Source: a virus
Taxonomy: Duplodnaviria > Caudoviricetes
DNA: 64,000 nucleotides
Strand: one strand, 5' to 3'
Virus record (IMG/VR): IMGVR_UViG_3300037424_000434
Span: 64,001-128,000 of that record
Shown here: piece after piece, positions 50,156 to 58,933 of the stretch
How the letters are laid out: each line of letters begins with the position of its first letter
Numbering within the stretch: position 1 is the stretch's first letter
Notes under the pieces: generated by a model
Told to the model about the DNA's origin: nothing
Databases searched by the model: none
Seen by the model: only the letters and a program-made list of their open reading frames with translations
Translations under genes and position numbers: made by a program

Positions 50156-50787
50156 TGTCTTTCAACTCCTTAATTAATTTCTCGTTTGCATCCACAATCT
50201 TCTGCATATCCTCAACAGATATTTCTTTTTCCAAAGGCTCGAAGAAATAAACCTTTTCGTCCTCTGTCTGGAAATACTCTTTCGTTACGTTGATGACTTT
50301 CATATTTCACTCCTTAAGTATACACTATTTCTGGTTAAAAAAGCAAGTGATTTTAACCGATTTCTTTTGATTTTGTTGGATTTTCATAAGCAGTTAAAAC
50401 CTCCTTTTTGTTTTTGTATTATTAGAAAATACTCAATAATTCTTTAAACGCTCTTCGTATTTTAATAGTTGGTTTGTGTAATTTCTTCTCTGACAATACC
50501 AACACTCATAGATGACTCATTGTTTGATGTGTTCCTTATTACAGTTACATAGTACTATAGGTTACTTATAAAATCAATAGAAAAGAATTAAAAAATAGCT
50601 TCACATCATCTTTTATCCTACGGAGAAAGAAAGGACTCCTCAACTACGTTTCGTCATCCTTTCTTTCAATTAATTTTCTTAAATTTACATAAATATGAAT
50701 GAAGGTGAAAAGATAATAGGCAAAAAAAGAGCTTAAATGGGTGTATAGGTAACTTCAACATATATTCAACTTTTCATATATGTTATA

Positions 50788-50851
50788 CTATTATTAATCT
50801 ACCTTTGTCGTTTATAAACGATAGTCTACACCAAAAAACTCAATATGTCAA
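50788..50851 (-). promoter_or_regulatory. Sigma70-like promoter plus conserved 40-nt element, copy B (antisense to the terS leader)
   Basis: TTGACA-N17-TAGACT then ATCGTTTATAAAC..CAAAGGTAGATTAATAATAG; matches 21471..21536. Confidence 0.7.
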
Positions 50852-50867
50852 CTAGGAGAATCATAAA

Positions 50868-51404
50868 ATGTCGGAATACGGTGAAGACCGAGCTAACTCA
50901 CAAGTCAACGAATCCATTCTTGAACAAGAGTTTAATTTGAATACAGCAGATAGAAGACAAGACGAACTTGATCAGATACGGGCTATGAGATTGCAGTTGG
51001 ATGCAATTGACGGAGAAGACCCCGATGATATCCTATATAAAAACATCGAGAGGGCTAACACCCTACTGGATACCGCACAACAAGCAACTGAAAGAGGGGG
51101 TGAAACTAATGCTCGTCTATACGAGGTCTGCGCTCAGCTTATCAATGCAATCACTACCGCTGCAAGTTCAATACAGACAGGTGCCTTTGGAAATTTAAAA
51201 CATGAGTATAATATGAAGATGCTTGAGGTCAAAGAAAAAGAACTCGTTGTCAAACAAGCCATTGCCCAAGGAAAACTCATGGGCGCAGTACCCTCCACGG
51301 GGGGTGTTGTTGTTATGAGTCGGGAAGACTTGTTGAAGATGATTGACGAAGATGTAAAGGAGGTTCAAATAGATTCTGCTACACAAAATACTAACGAAAA
51401 TTAA
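50868..51404 (+). CDS. terS: Terminase small subunit (gp16-like)
   Basis: AGGAG RBS; NARLYEVCAQLINA and MSREDLLKMI resemble T4-like gp16; upstream of terL. Confidence 0.75.
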   Translation: MSEYGEDRANSQVNESILEQEFNLNTADRRQDELDQIRAMRLQLDAIDGEDPDDILYKNIERANTLLDTAQQATERGGETNARLYEVCAQLINAITTAASSIQTGAFGNLKHEYNMKMLEVKEKELVVKQAIAQGKLMGAVPSTGGVVVMSREDLLKMIDEDVKEVQIDSATQNTNEN

Positions 51405-51424
51405 GGAAAAAGGAGTCCCTCTAT

Positions 51425-52609
51425 ATGAAGAAAAATTATGTTCTGGATACAAATGTACTATTAGAAAATGAGAATTGTATTAAGATTTTAAGGAATGGAG
51501 AAGAGAATGGTATATACATTCCTGCCACAGTTATTGAGGAACTGGACACCCTAAAGAGAGACAAAAGAAAGAGACATCAGGTCATGAGAGCTATACACGC
51601 TCTCAGTGAATACAAAGACTATATCACCATTATACATAATGGCACTAAACATGAATCCCCTGATAACTTTATCCTAAAAGAAATTCAAGCCAATATCGAT
51701 AAGATAGAGAATCCCATATTCGTGACAAATGATAATCTTCTACGGTTTAAAGCAGAAAAAATGAACATACCCTCCGAAGATTTTAAAGATAGCAACCCAT
51801 TCCAATCAGAATCCCAGAGATATACAGGGTTTGTTAATGTAGATGACGGTGAAATCTTGGAAAAGAACTGTTACTATTGGAAAGAAGGAAAACTGCATTT
51901 CAACAATCATTACGGTGAAGAGAGTTTGGTTGTTGACAGAGAAGTATGGAAGGTCGCTCCTCGCAGCCAATACCAAAAAGCAGCAATGGATCTGATCATG
52001 AATGATGATATTGATCTAGTAACAATCCAATCTGAGGCAGGCTTTGGGAAAACATATTTGACCCTTGCTGCAATGTTTGATCAGGTGTTTGAAAAGAAAA
52101 AATTTAAAAAGATTTTTGTATTCAAAGCAAACATCGAAATTGGAAATGAGCTTGGATTTTTGCCGGGAGATGTGGGGGCAAAAATGTATCCATATTTTCG
52201 ACCTATCCAAGATTTAATGGAAAAGCTCCATGATCTTCGACCAGCCAATAGAGCATGGGAAGACCCAACAGAAAACACTCCATTACTTAATCGCAAATGT
52301 GTTGAGATGTTGCCGATCAATTTCTTGAGGGGCATGAATATCGATAACGCTATTGTTCTTATAGACGAAGTTCAAAATCTAAGCAGAGACGAATTGAGAA
52401 CAGTTCTTTCTCGTATGGGGGAGAATGTTAAGGTCATTTGTACAGGTGACGTTAGACAAATAGATAATATCCATTTAAATCAAGAGAATAATGGATTGAA
52501 TTGGATGGTGAGACTGTTTAAAGGGCAAGATAATTATGGTCATATAGTGCTTGGAGGCAGTAAATCAAGGGGTCCAATAGCAGATTTAGTGCGCGAAACA
52601 AAATTATAA
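51425..52609 (+). CDS. phoH: PIN-PhoH protein
   Basis: PIN YVLDTNVL; AGFGKT, GFLPGD, INFLRG, LIDEVQNL, VICTGDVRQID. Confidence 0.93.
   Translation: MKKNYVLDTNVLLENENCIKILRNGEENGIYIPATVIEELDTLKRDKRKRHQVMRAIHALSEYKDYITIIHNGTKHESPDNFILKEIQANIDKIENPIFVTNDNLLRFKAEKMNIPSEDFKDSNPFQSESQRYTGFVNVDDGEILEKNCYYWKEGKLHFNNHYGEESLVVDREVWKVAPRSQYQKAAMDLIMNDDIDLVTIQSEAGFGKTYLTLAAMFDQVFEKKKFKKIFVFKANIEIGNELGFLPGDVGAKMYPYFRPIQDLMEKLHDLRPANRAWEDPTENTPLLNRKCVEMLPINFLRGMNIDNAIVLIDEVQNLSRDELRTVLSRMGENVKVICTGDVRQIDNIHLNQENNGLNWMVRLFKGQDNYGHIVLGGSKSRGPIADLVRETKL
52515..52573 (+). repeat. phoH 3' segment, duplicated at 53656..53714
   Basis: 53/59 nt identical by manual alignment. Confidence 0.9.
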
Positions 52610-52619
52610 TATCACACGA

Positions 52620-53708
52620 TTGGATCAATGTCTAGATATGAAAATAGATTATTCGCATAGATTCAGGGATAACGTTGAACTTGTTGGATACGAAATGATA
52701 GGAGAATATGTTAATAGTAGTGTTCTTGTGAAATTAATATGTGATAGTGGTCATATATTTTCAATTAGACCAAATAACTTTAATAATGGACAACGTTGTT
52801 CTGTGTGCTCAGGGAAGAACAGAGAATATGCAAAATCCTCTATGGTCGAGTTGTTATATAAAGAGGGATATATGCACAAATCTGAGTATATAAACTCCAA
52901 TACAAAAATGAAATTACTTTGTCCAGAAAATCATGAATGGAACGTAACCCCGAACGATTTCAAAAAAGGAATTAGATGTCCTAAGTGTGGGAACAAGTGC
53001 AAAGAACAATCTAAACAAGATTTTATTAATTTGGTGGAGGAGTGTAGTTATACATTGCACGAAGAATATACTGGAGTGATGAATCGAGTGCTATTAGAAT
53101 GTGATAGAGGCCATAAATATAGAACAAGACCAAACGATTTTAAAAAAGGTTATAGGTGTAAAAAATGTTATACCGAAAACGTTATACAAAAATCCTTTGA
53201 AGGTTTTAAATTTATATTAAATGAGAATGGATATAAATTGAAAGATGATTATATAAATTCGACGACAAAAATATACATCATATGCCCCGAAGGTCATGAT
53301 TGGTATGTAGCTCCAAATGATTTTATTAACCACAATACACGTTGTCCCCATTGCCAAGGAAGTTCTGGTCAGAGAAGATTACAAGAATTTCTGACAAAAC
53401 ATATAGACAGAGATGTAGTATACAATGACCGCAAGACACTAGATGGATTGGAATTAGATATATACTATCCTGATCTAAAAATAGCAGTGGAATATCAAGG
53501 TGATTATTGGCACACACTACCAATGGCCCTAATAAGAGATAAAAGAAAAAGAATGTTATGCGAGAAAAAGAACATAAAACTAATAGAAGTATGGGAAAAA
53601 TATTATGTTACAGATGAAGATAATATAAACAATGAAGTGTTGGAGAATATAAAATTGTTTAAAGGTCAAGATACTTATGGTCATATAGTGCTTAGAGGCG
53701 GTAAATAG
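52620..53708 (+). CDS. Free-standing Zn-ribbon-repeat/Vsr-like endonuclease ending in a PhoH-derived tail
   Basis: Four CxxGH/NH...RCxxC repeats; LELDIYYPDLKIAVEYQGDYWH; ends LFKGQDTYGHIVLRGGK. Confidence 0.8.
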   Translation: MDQCLDMKIDYSHRFRDNVELVGYEMIGEYVNSSVLVKLICDSGHIFSIRPNNFNNGQRCSVCSGKNREYAKSSMVELLYKEGYMHKSEYINSNTKMKLLCPENHEWNVTPNDFKKGIRCPKCGNKCKEQSKQDFINLVEECSYTLHEEYTGVMNRVLLECDRGHKYRTRPNDFKKGYRCKKCYTENVIQKSFEGFKFILNENGYKLKDDYINSTTKIYIICPEGHDWYVAPNDFINHNTRCPHCQGSSGQRRLQEFLTKHIDRDVVYNDRKTLDGLELDIYYPDLKIAVEYQGDYWHTLPMALIRDKRKRMLCEKKNIKLIEVWEKYYVTDEDNINNEVLENIKLFKGQDTYGHIVLRGGK

Positions 53709-53805
53709 AGGGGTAGACGGTAGACGGTTTTTAATAGAGAACATACAAAATAAAATAAAATAAAATAAAATAAAGTATTAGGGAAGGTGTGTTATTGCAG
53801 GTAAT

Positions 53806-54138
53806 GTGAGATATGACGAATATGTTAAACGACCAAACGAAGAACATGAATACACAGAAGAACAGATTCGAGAGGTTGTTAAATGTAAAACCGATTTGAT
53901 GTATTTTATACGCAACTATATATATATTGTACATCAGGATTCGGGCGTACAGTTGTTTGATCCATATGACTATCAGATAGATTTGTTAGAAAAATTTCAA
54001 AATCATAGATTTAACGTATGTCTATTATCTCGACAATCGGGTAAATGTTTAGAGGGTGATACTGTCATAAAACTTCGTAATAAGACCACGGGCGAAATCA
54101 AAGAAATAACAATGGAAAATTTTTTTAACCAAACATAA
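53806..54138 (+). CDS. terL: Terminase large subunit fragment 1: extein 1 (80 aa) plus IntN-1 (30 aa)
   Basis: YFIRNYIYI...YDYQ..LL...RFNVCLLSRQSGK then CLEGDTVIKLR...; IntN at 54046..54135. Confidence 0.93.
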   Translation: MRYDEYVKRPNEEHEYTEEQIREVVKCKTDLMYFIRNYIYIVHQDSGVQLFDPYDYQIDLLEKFQNHRFNVCLLSRQSGKCLEGDTVIKLRNKTTGEIKEITMENFFNQT

Positions 54139-54239
54139 ACCCGATTACTAGGCTAATAAAAATACAGTAAATTTTGGTATTATTGGTTATTGAGAGATAG
54201 ACAAAGAAAGTGTGATTAAAGAATGTTTGGAGTATTTGA

Positions 54240-54947
54240 ATGGCAGAATTTGTTGAAGAAAAATATAGTGATGAATGGGAAGTAGAAACACCCGATGGAT
54301 GGAAAGATTTTGGGGGTATAGGGAAAACAATAGAATATCAAGTATATGAGGTTTGTTTTACTGACAACACTTCTATTAAATGCGCCGATACTCATATTTT
54401 TATATTAAATGGAGTCGAAGTTTTCTGCAAAGATTTGGTATCAGGTAATGTAATAGATTCCATTGAAGGAACCTGTAAAGAAATATCACATATTATCAAA
54501 ACAAAAGATTGTGATAATATGTATGACTTGTTGGGTGTTGATGGTTCAATATATTATACTGACAATGTTGCTTCTCACAACTCAACTATTGTTGCCGCTT
54601 TTGCTTTATGGTATGCATGTTTTCACGGACACAAAAATATCGGTATAGTCTCGAACAAAGAAGAATCAGCAAAAAACTTTCTACATCGATTAAAGTATAT
54701 GTATGAACTAATGCCGGGTTGGTTGAAGCCCGGTGTACCCGGTTGGGCGCAAAAGACTGTTGAATTCGACAATCATACGAAAATTTATACTGCTGCAACA
54801 TCCAAAGATTCATTCCGTGGTGAGCCGATGGGGATGTTGATTTGTGTGACTGGAGATAACACCGTGAAATTACGGGATAAAATCACTGGTGAAGAGGTGA
54901 CAATGACAATGGAAGAACTGGCCAATGACCTGAGAATGGATTCATGA
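54240..54947 (+). CDS. terL: Terminase large subunit fragment 2: IntC-1 (114 aa), extein 2 (87 aa), IntN-2 (34 aa)
   Basis: ...YYTDNVASHN|STIVAA (junction 54581/54582); ...FRGEPMGMLI|CVTGDNT (54843). Confidence 0.93.
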   Translation: MAEFVEEKYSDEWEVETPDGWKDFGGIGKTIEYQVYEVCFTDNTSIKCADTHIFILNGVEVFCKDLVSGNVIDSIEGTCKEISHIIKTKDCDNMYDLLGVDGSIYYTDNVASHNSTIVAAFALWYACFHGHKNIGIVSNKEESAKNFLHRLKYMYELMPGWLKPGVPGWAQKTVEFDNHTKIYTAATSKDSFRGEPMGMLICVTGDNTVKLRDKITGEEVTMTMEELANDLRMDS

Positions 54948-55807
54948 CTACATACAAAAGAGACTACAAAGAAGAGTTCAACGATTTGGTTGAAAGTGAA
55001 GGTTATGTCCTTTTATCTGAGTACAAAAAAGACAAAGAACGTGTTGGTATAAAGTGTCCGAATGGTCATATCTATAAAATAAAACCAAATACTTTCAAAA
55101 ATGGTTGTAGGTGTTCATCTTGTCCTACAAAAAGACAAGTAAAATCAAAACAAGAATTTTTTGATATGTTATATGTTGATGGTTATGTTATCACAACAGA
55201 ATACGTTGATGTAAGAACAAGGGTGGGTCTGATGTGTCCAAAAGGTCACGAATGGACCACTACCCCTCATGGATATAAAAAGGGGTATAGGTGTTCGATA
55301 TGTGCAGGAAATAATCATAGTTACGCTAAAGACGAATTTTTAGGGATGATAGAGGAAGAGGGTTATAGTTTAATATCAGATTATATCAACTCAACAACAA
55401 GAATAAAAATTAAATGTCCAAATGGACATGAATGGGATGCAATACCATCCGAATTCAAACATCAATATTTTAGATGTCCTATATGCGCGGGTAGTTCTGG
55501 CCAAAGATTATTACAGGAAATGTTATCAGAACATATTGATGATGAAGTGGTTTATAATGACCGCAAAATTCTTGGTGGACTTGAGTTGGATATATACTAT
55601 CCAAAATTGAATATTGCAATAGAATATCAGGGTAATTATTGGCATTCATTGCCAGAAGTTGTTAAACGAGACGAAAGAAAACGACAATTATGTGGTAATC
55701 TTGGTATCAAGTTAATAGAGGTATGGGATACTGATTTTTTAAACGACAAACAAACTGTTATTAAATATGTTAACGAGGAAAGGTGTTTATGGAACAGGAA
55801 TTCATAA
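54944..55807 (+). CDS. Free-standing Zn-ribbon-repeat/Vsr-like endonuclease between IntN-2 and IntC-2
   Basis: CPNGH/CPKGH...RCxxC repeats; LELDIYYPKLNIAIEYQGNYWH; overlaps both flanking terL ORFs. Confidence 0.85.
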   Translation: MTTYKRDYKEEFNDLVESEGYVLLSEYKKDKERVGIKCPNGHIYKIKPNTFKNGCRCSSCPTKRQVKSKQEFFDMLYVDGYVITTEYVDVRTRVGLMCPKGHEWTTTPHGYKKGYRCSICAGNNHSYAKDEFLGMIEEEGYSLISDYINSTTRIKIKCPNGHEWDAIPSEFKHQYFRCPICAGSSGQRLLQEMLSEHIDDEVVYNDRKILGGLELDIYYPKLNIAIEYQGNYWHSLPEVVKRDERKRQLCGNLGIKLIEVWDTDFLNDKQTVIKYVNEERCLWNRNS

Positions 55808-57813
55808 AGAATAGTAGGTATGAGATATATGGGGAGTCTGGTTGGGAGAATTTTGATGGTGTTGTTGTTAATACAGGAGACTTTGATATTTATGAAATAA
55901 AAACCGATAACCATTCAATAAAATGTACAGATAAGCACAAAATATATACCAGCGAGGGCGTGAGTACAGCCGATGAGGTGGAAAGGGGTGACATTTTATT
56001 TATACAGGGTGGCATTACCGAAGAGGTTATATCAACACAATATACAGGCAAACAAAACACTACATACGATATATTCAACAGTGATTCACATAAAGTCCAT
56101 ATAAATCAAATACTTACGTCTAATTGTGACGAATTTGCGTTTGTTGAGCCGAGCTGGAAAGCAGAAGAATTTTGGGCATCAAACTACCCAACCATTTCAG
56201 CCGCAGAGACTTCTAAAATTATTATCATCTCATGTGTTGCGGGGGATACCTATGTTTACACAGATAATGGCGTAAAACAAATATCCAATATTATCGGTGA
56301 TAGATGTGTTGGTGGCCATGAAATAGAATCCTATGGGGTATTGGGTAAAGATAAGATAAGAGGTGGCCGTTTAATCGTCAATAGCGGTATTACAAAAACC
56401 AGAAAAATCATCACAACAAATTCGGAATTGGAGGGCAGTTTAGACCATAAACTATGGTCATCAAAAGACGGTGTTATTGGTTGGCATAAAATATCTGAAC
56501 TAAATGAAGGAGATTATGTTTCACTGCAATATGGAATGAATGTATGGGGTAATAATGATCATATTGGATATGTATCACAGAAGAGAAGAAATAAACAAGG
56601 GAAAAGTTTAAATGTCGAAAATATAACAGAGGATTGGGCATATTTATTTGGATTATATATATCAGAGGGGTGTGCTGATAAGTACAGACTCAATATTTCA
56701 TGTGGCGATGATATATCGGATATTTTTGATAGACTGGGGCTTTCATATTCATGCAGTGATGGTATGCATTATGTTACAAGCAATCTATCATTAATAGAAT
56801 TATTAGAGCACGTTGGGTTCGATATAGCTAAAAACGCACCAGATAAAATAATACCAGACAGATTGATGTGTATGTCAAAAGAAAATATAGCGGCAATGTT
56901 GAGTGGGATTTTTGATGGTGATGGCTTTTCTCGAAAGGACAAAGGAACCATAGGAATAGGATTGTCTTCAAAAAAACTCGTTCAACAGATACGAGTGTTG
57001 TTAATGAACATGGGTATGTTGGGTGAGTGGTATGAGGTGGAATCAAAACCAACAGATAAGGTCAAAGTCCATTCAATACAACACAGATATCATTTGGATA
57101 AATCTTCATCTAAGAAGTTTTATGAAGAAATTGGTTTTAGACTAAAAAGAAAACAATTAAATGAGAACATTTTAGGTAAGGTCAATGAACCAAAAAATGA
57201 CATTATACCATATTCAAAAACTTTTATTGACGGTAAAGGTATAGTCAAGGATGTCGAACAAGTTTTGGGTTCATATGTATATAATAGAGGATTGTCTGAT
57301 AACATTTCAAGAGGATTGATGATTAGGATAAAGGAATCCCTTGGTGATACATTCAGCGAAGAGATTCATGAATATTTTAACAGGAATGTATCAGAAAACA
57401 TCAAGTGGTGTAAAATAAAAAGCATAGAAGAATCAAAAAATACGGTTTATGATTTCTCATTACCCGATAATATCGATGATGAGTGGTGCCATTCAGTTAT
57501 ATATAATGGATTTATAGGTCATCAGACACCTAACGGTCTGTATAATAAATTTCATGAAATATACAAAAACGCAGACGAAAAAACCAACTCATTCATAGCA
57601 ACTCGATATGATTATTCAGCCGTTCCGGGCAGGGATGCTGAGTGGGCTAAAGTTCAGAGAATGAACCTAGGGCCAATCAAGTTCCAACAGGAATTTGGAT
57701 GTTTTTTTCAAGATACTGTAATCACTATACAAAATGAAGAAACAGGTTTAATCGAAAATATTACCATAGGGGAACTAAATAAACGAATGGGGCAAGAGAT
57801 TGGTCATGAATAG
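55783..57813 (+). CDS. terL: Terminase large subunit fragment 3: IntC-2, extein 3, contiguous intein 3, extein 4, IntN-4
   Basis: ...ILTSN|CDEFAFV (56124/56125); KIIIIS|CVAGDT (56233); FIGHQ|TPNG (57525/57526); FQQEFG|CFFQDT (57700). Confidence 0.93.
   Translation: MFMEQEFIKNSRYEIYGESGWENFDGVVVNTGDFDIYEIKTDNHSIKCTDKHKIYTSEGVSTADEVERGDILFIQGGITEEVISTQYTGKQNTTYDIFNSDSHKVHINQILTSNCDEFAFVEPSWKAEEFWASNYPTISAAETSKIIIISCVAGDTYVYTDNGVKQISNIIGDRCVGGHEIESYGVLGKDKIRGGRLIVNSGITKTRKIITTNSELEGSLDHKLWSSKDGVIGWHKISELNEGDYVSLQYGMNVWGNNDHIGYVSQKRRNKQGKSLNVENITEDWAYLFGLYISEGCADKYRLNISCGDDISDIFDRLGLSYSCSDGMHYVTSNLSLIELLEHVGFDIAKNAPDKIIPDRLMCMSKENIAAMLSGIFDGDGFSRKDKGTIGIGLSSKKLVQQIRVLLMNMGMLGEWYEVESKPTDKVKVHSIQHRYHLDKSSSKKFYEEIGFRLKRKQLNENILGKVNEPKNDIIPYSKTFIDGKGIVKDVEQVLGSYVYNRGLSDNISRGLMIRIKESLGDTFSEEIHEYFNRNVSENIKWCKIKSIEESKNTVYDFSLPDNIDDEWCHSVIYNGFIGHQTPNGLYNKFHEIYKNADEKTNSFIATRYDYSAVPGRDAEWAKVQRMNLGPIKFQQEFGCFFQDTVITIQNEETGLIENITIGELNKRMGQEIGHE
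56233..57525 (+). mobile_element. 431-aa LAGLIDADG intein with C-terminal Gln
   Basis: CVAGDTYV start, LFGLYISEG and LSGIFDGDG motifs, VYDFSL...NGFIGHQ end, +1 Thr. Confidence 0.92.
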
Positions 57814-58906
57814 CATGACAGAAGTAATTAGCAACACAAAATATAAAATTCTAACCCCCACAGGATTTCAATATTTTTCTGCAATACAAAAACTAAAGAA
57901 ACCAACCATTAGGTTTATATTTGAAGATGATTCTGATTGTACCGTGTCCACAGGCCATAAATTCTATATTGATGGTAAAATATTATTGTCTGATGACGTG
58001 GTGATTGGTGATAGTCTCTACCACCAAGATAAATGGTATACCAAAGTTGTTGGTATAGAGTATTTAGGGGAATCAGATGTATATGATTTAATGGACGTAT
58101 CCAATGGTAACTTGTATTACGGAAATGGTATTTTGTCTCATAATTGTGAGTTTATAGGATCAAGTAACACTGTCATTGATGGAAAAACTCTTGAGAGGCT
58201 TATGAAGCACCGTAAAGAGCCCGAGTCGTTGGATATGGGGGGTAAGCTGCGTATATGGGAGAAACCCAAGCAGGGGGCAACCTACGTCCTTGGAGTGGAT
58301 ACATCCAAGGGTATTGGTGGTGATTCGAGTGTAATTCAGGTAATAAAGATATTAGGTGTCAATCCAATCCAAATGCGACAGGTGGCGGTGTGGGAAGATA
58401 AATTTACAGATGTTTACAAATTTGCCGAAGTTGTCAATAAAATGTCGTATTATTATAATGATGGATATTTGATGGTTGAGAATAACGCCGAGGGGTCAGT
58501 AGTTGTTCAGAGACTGTGGTGGGAATACGAGAACCAAAATTTGATAAATACAGGTGGTAAAGTCAAAGACCTTGGTATTCGCGCTACAGGTAGCACCAAA
58601 CCTCGGGCCGTTCTTCTCATGAAGAAAGTTCTTGAAGACAGAATGATCGAAATATATGACGAAAGAACTGTTGCCCAGATATCAGACTTTCAAGACTTGG
58701 GTGGCAATAAGTTTGGTGGCGTTAATATAAACGACGATTTGGTTACCTCTTTGTATTGGGCTATATATGTCATTGAGATGCAAGTATTCGACGAGTCATT
58801 TACTTTTTCGGAAGAACAGGACGAGGAAGATGATTTCTGGGGGGATTTTTTGAGCGACTGGGAAGACGAGGCCCGCGAGGTTGATTGGTCATGGCTTCAT
58901 GATTAA
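57806..58906 (+). CDS. terL: Terminase large subunit fragment 4: IntC-4 plus extein 5 (nuclease domain, 253 aa)
   Basis: KILTPTGF...YYGNGILSHN|CEFIGSS (58144/58145); YVLGVDTSKGIGGDSS, MVENN, NDDLVTSL. Start may be 57806 or 57815. Confidence 0.93.
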   Translation: MNSMTEVISNTKYKILTPTGFQYFSAIQKLKKPTIRFIFEDDSDCTVSTGHKFYIDGKILLSDDVVIGDSLYHQDKWYTKVVGIEYLGESDVYDLMDVSNGNLYYGNGILSHNCEFIGSSNTVIDGKTLERLMKHRKEPESLDMGGKLRIWEKPKQGATYVLGVDTSKGIGGDSSVIQVIKILGVNPIQMRQVAVWEDKFTDVYKFAEVVNKMSYYYNDGYLMVENNAEGSVVVQRLWWEYENQNLINTGGKVKDLGIRATGSTKPRAVLLMKKVLEDRMIEIYDERTVAQISDFQDLGGNKFGGVNINDDLVTSLYWAIYVIEMQVFDESFTFSEEQDEEDDFWGDFLSDWEDEAREVDWSWLHD

Positions 58907-58933
58907 TGATAAATAATAACAGAGGAATTGGAA

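Noticed and set aside
53746-53773. (AAAAT)n pentamer run upstream of terL
   Set aside because: Short low-complexity AT tract with no evidence of function.
57700-57815. Split 4 as a mere sequencing frameshift in a mini-intein
   Set aside because: There is no homopolymer at the junction, the IntN length matches the other two splits, and the site and IntC start resemble known naturally split TerL inteins. It is not fully excluded without reads.
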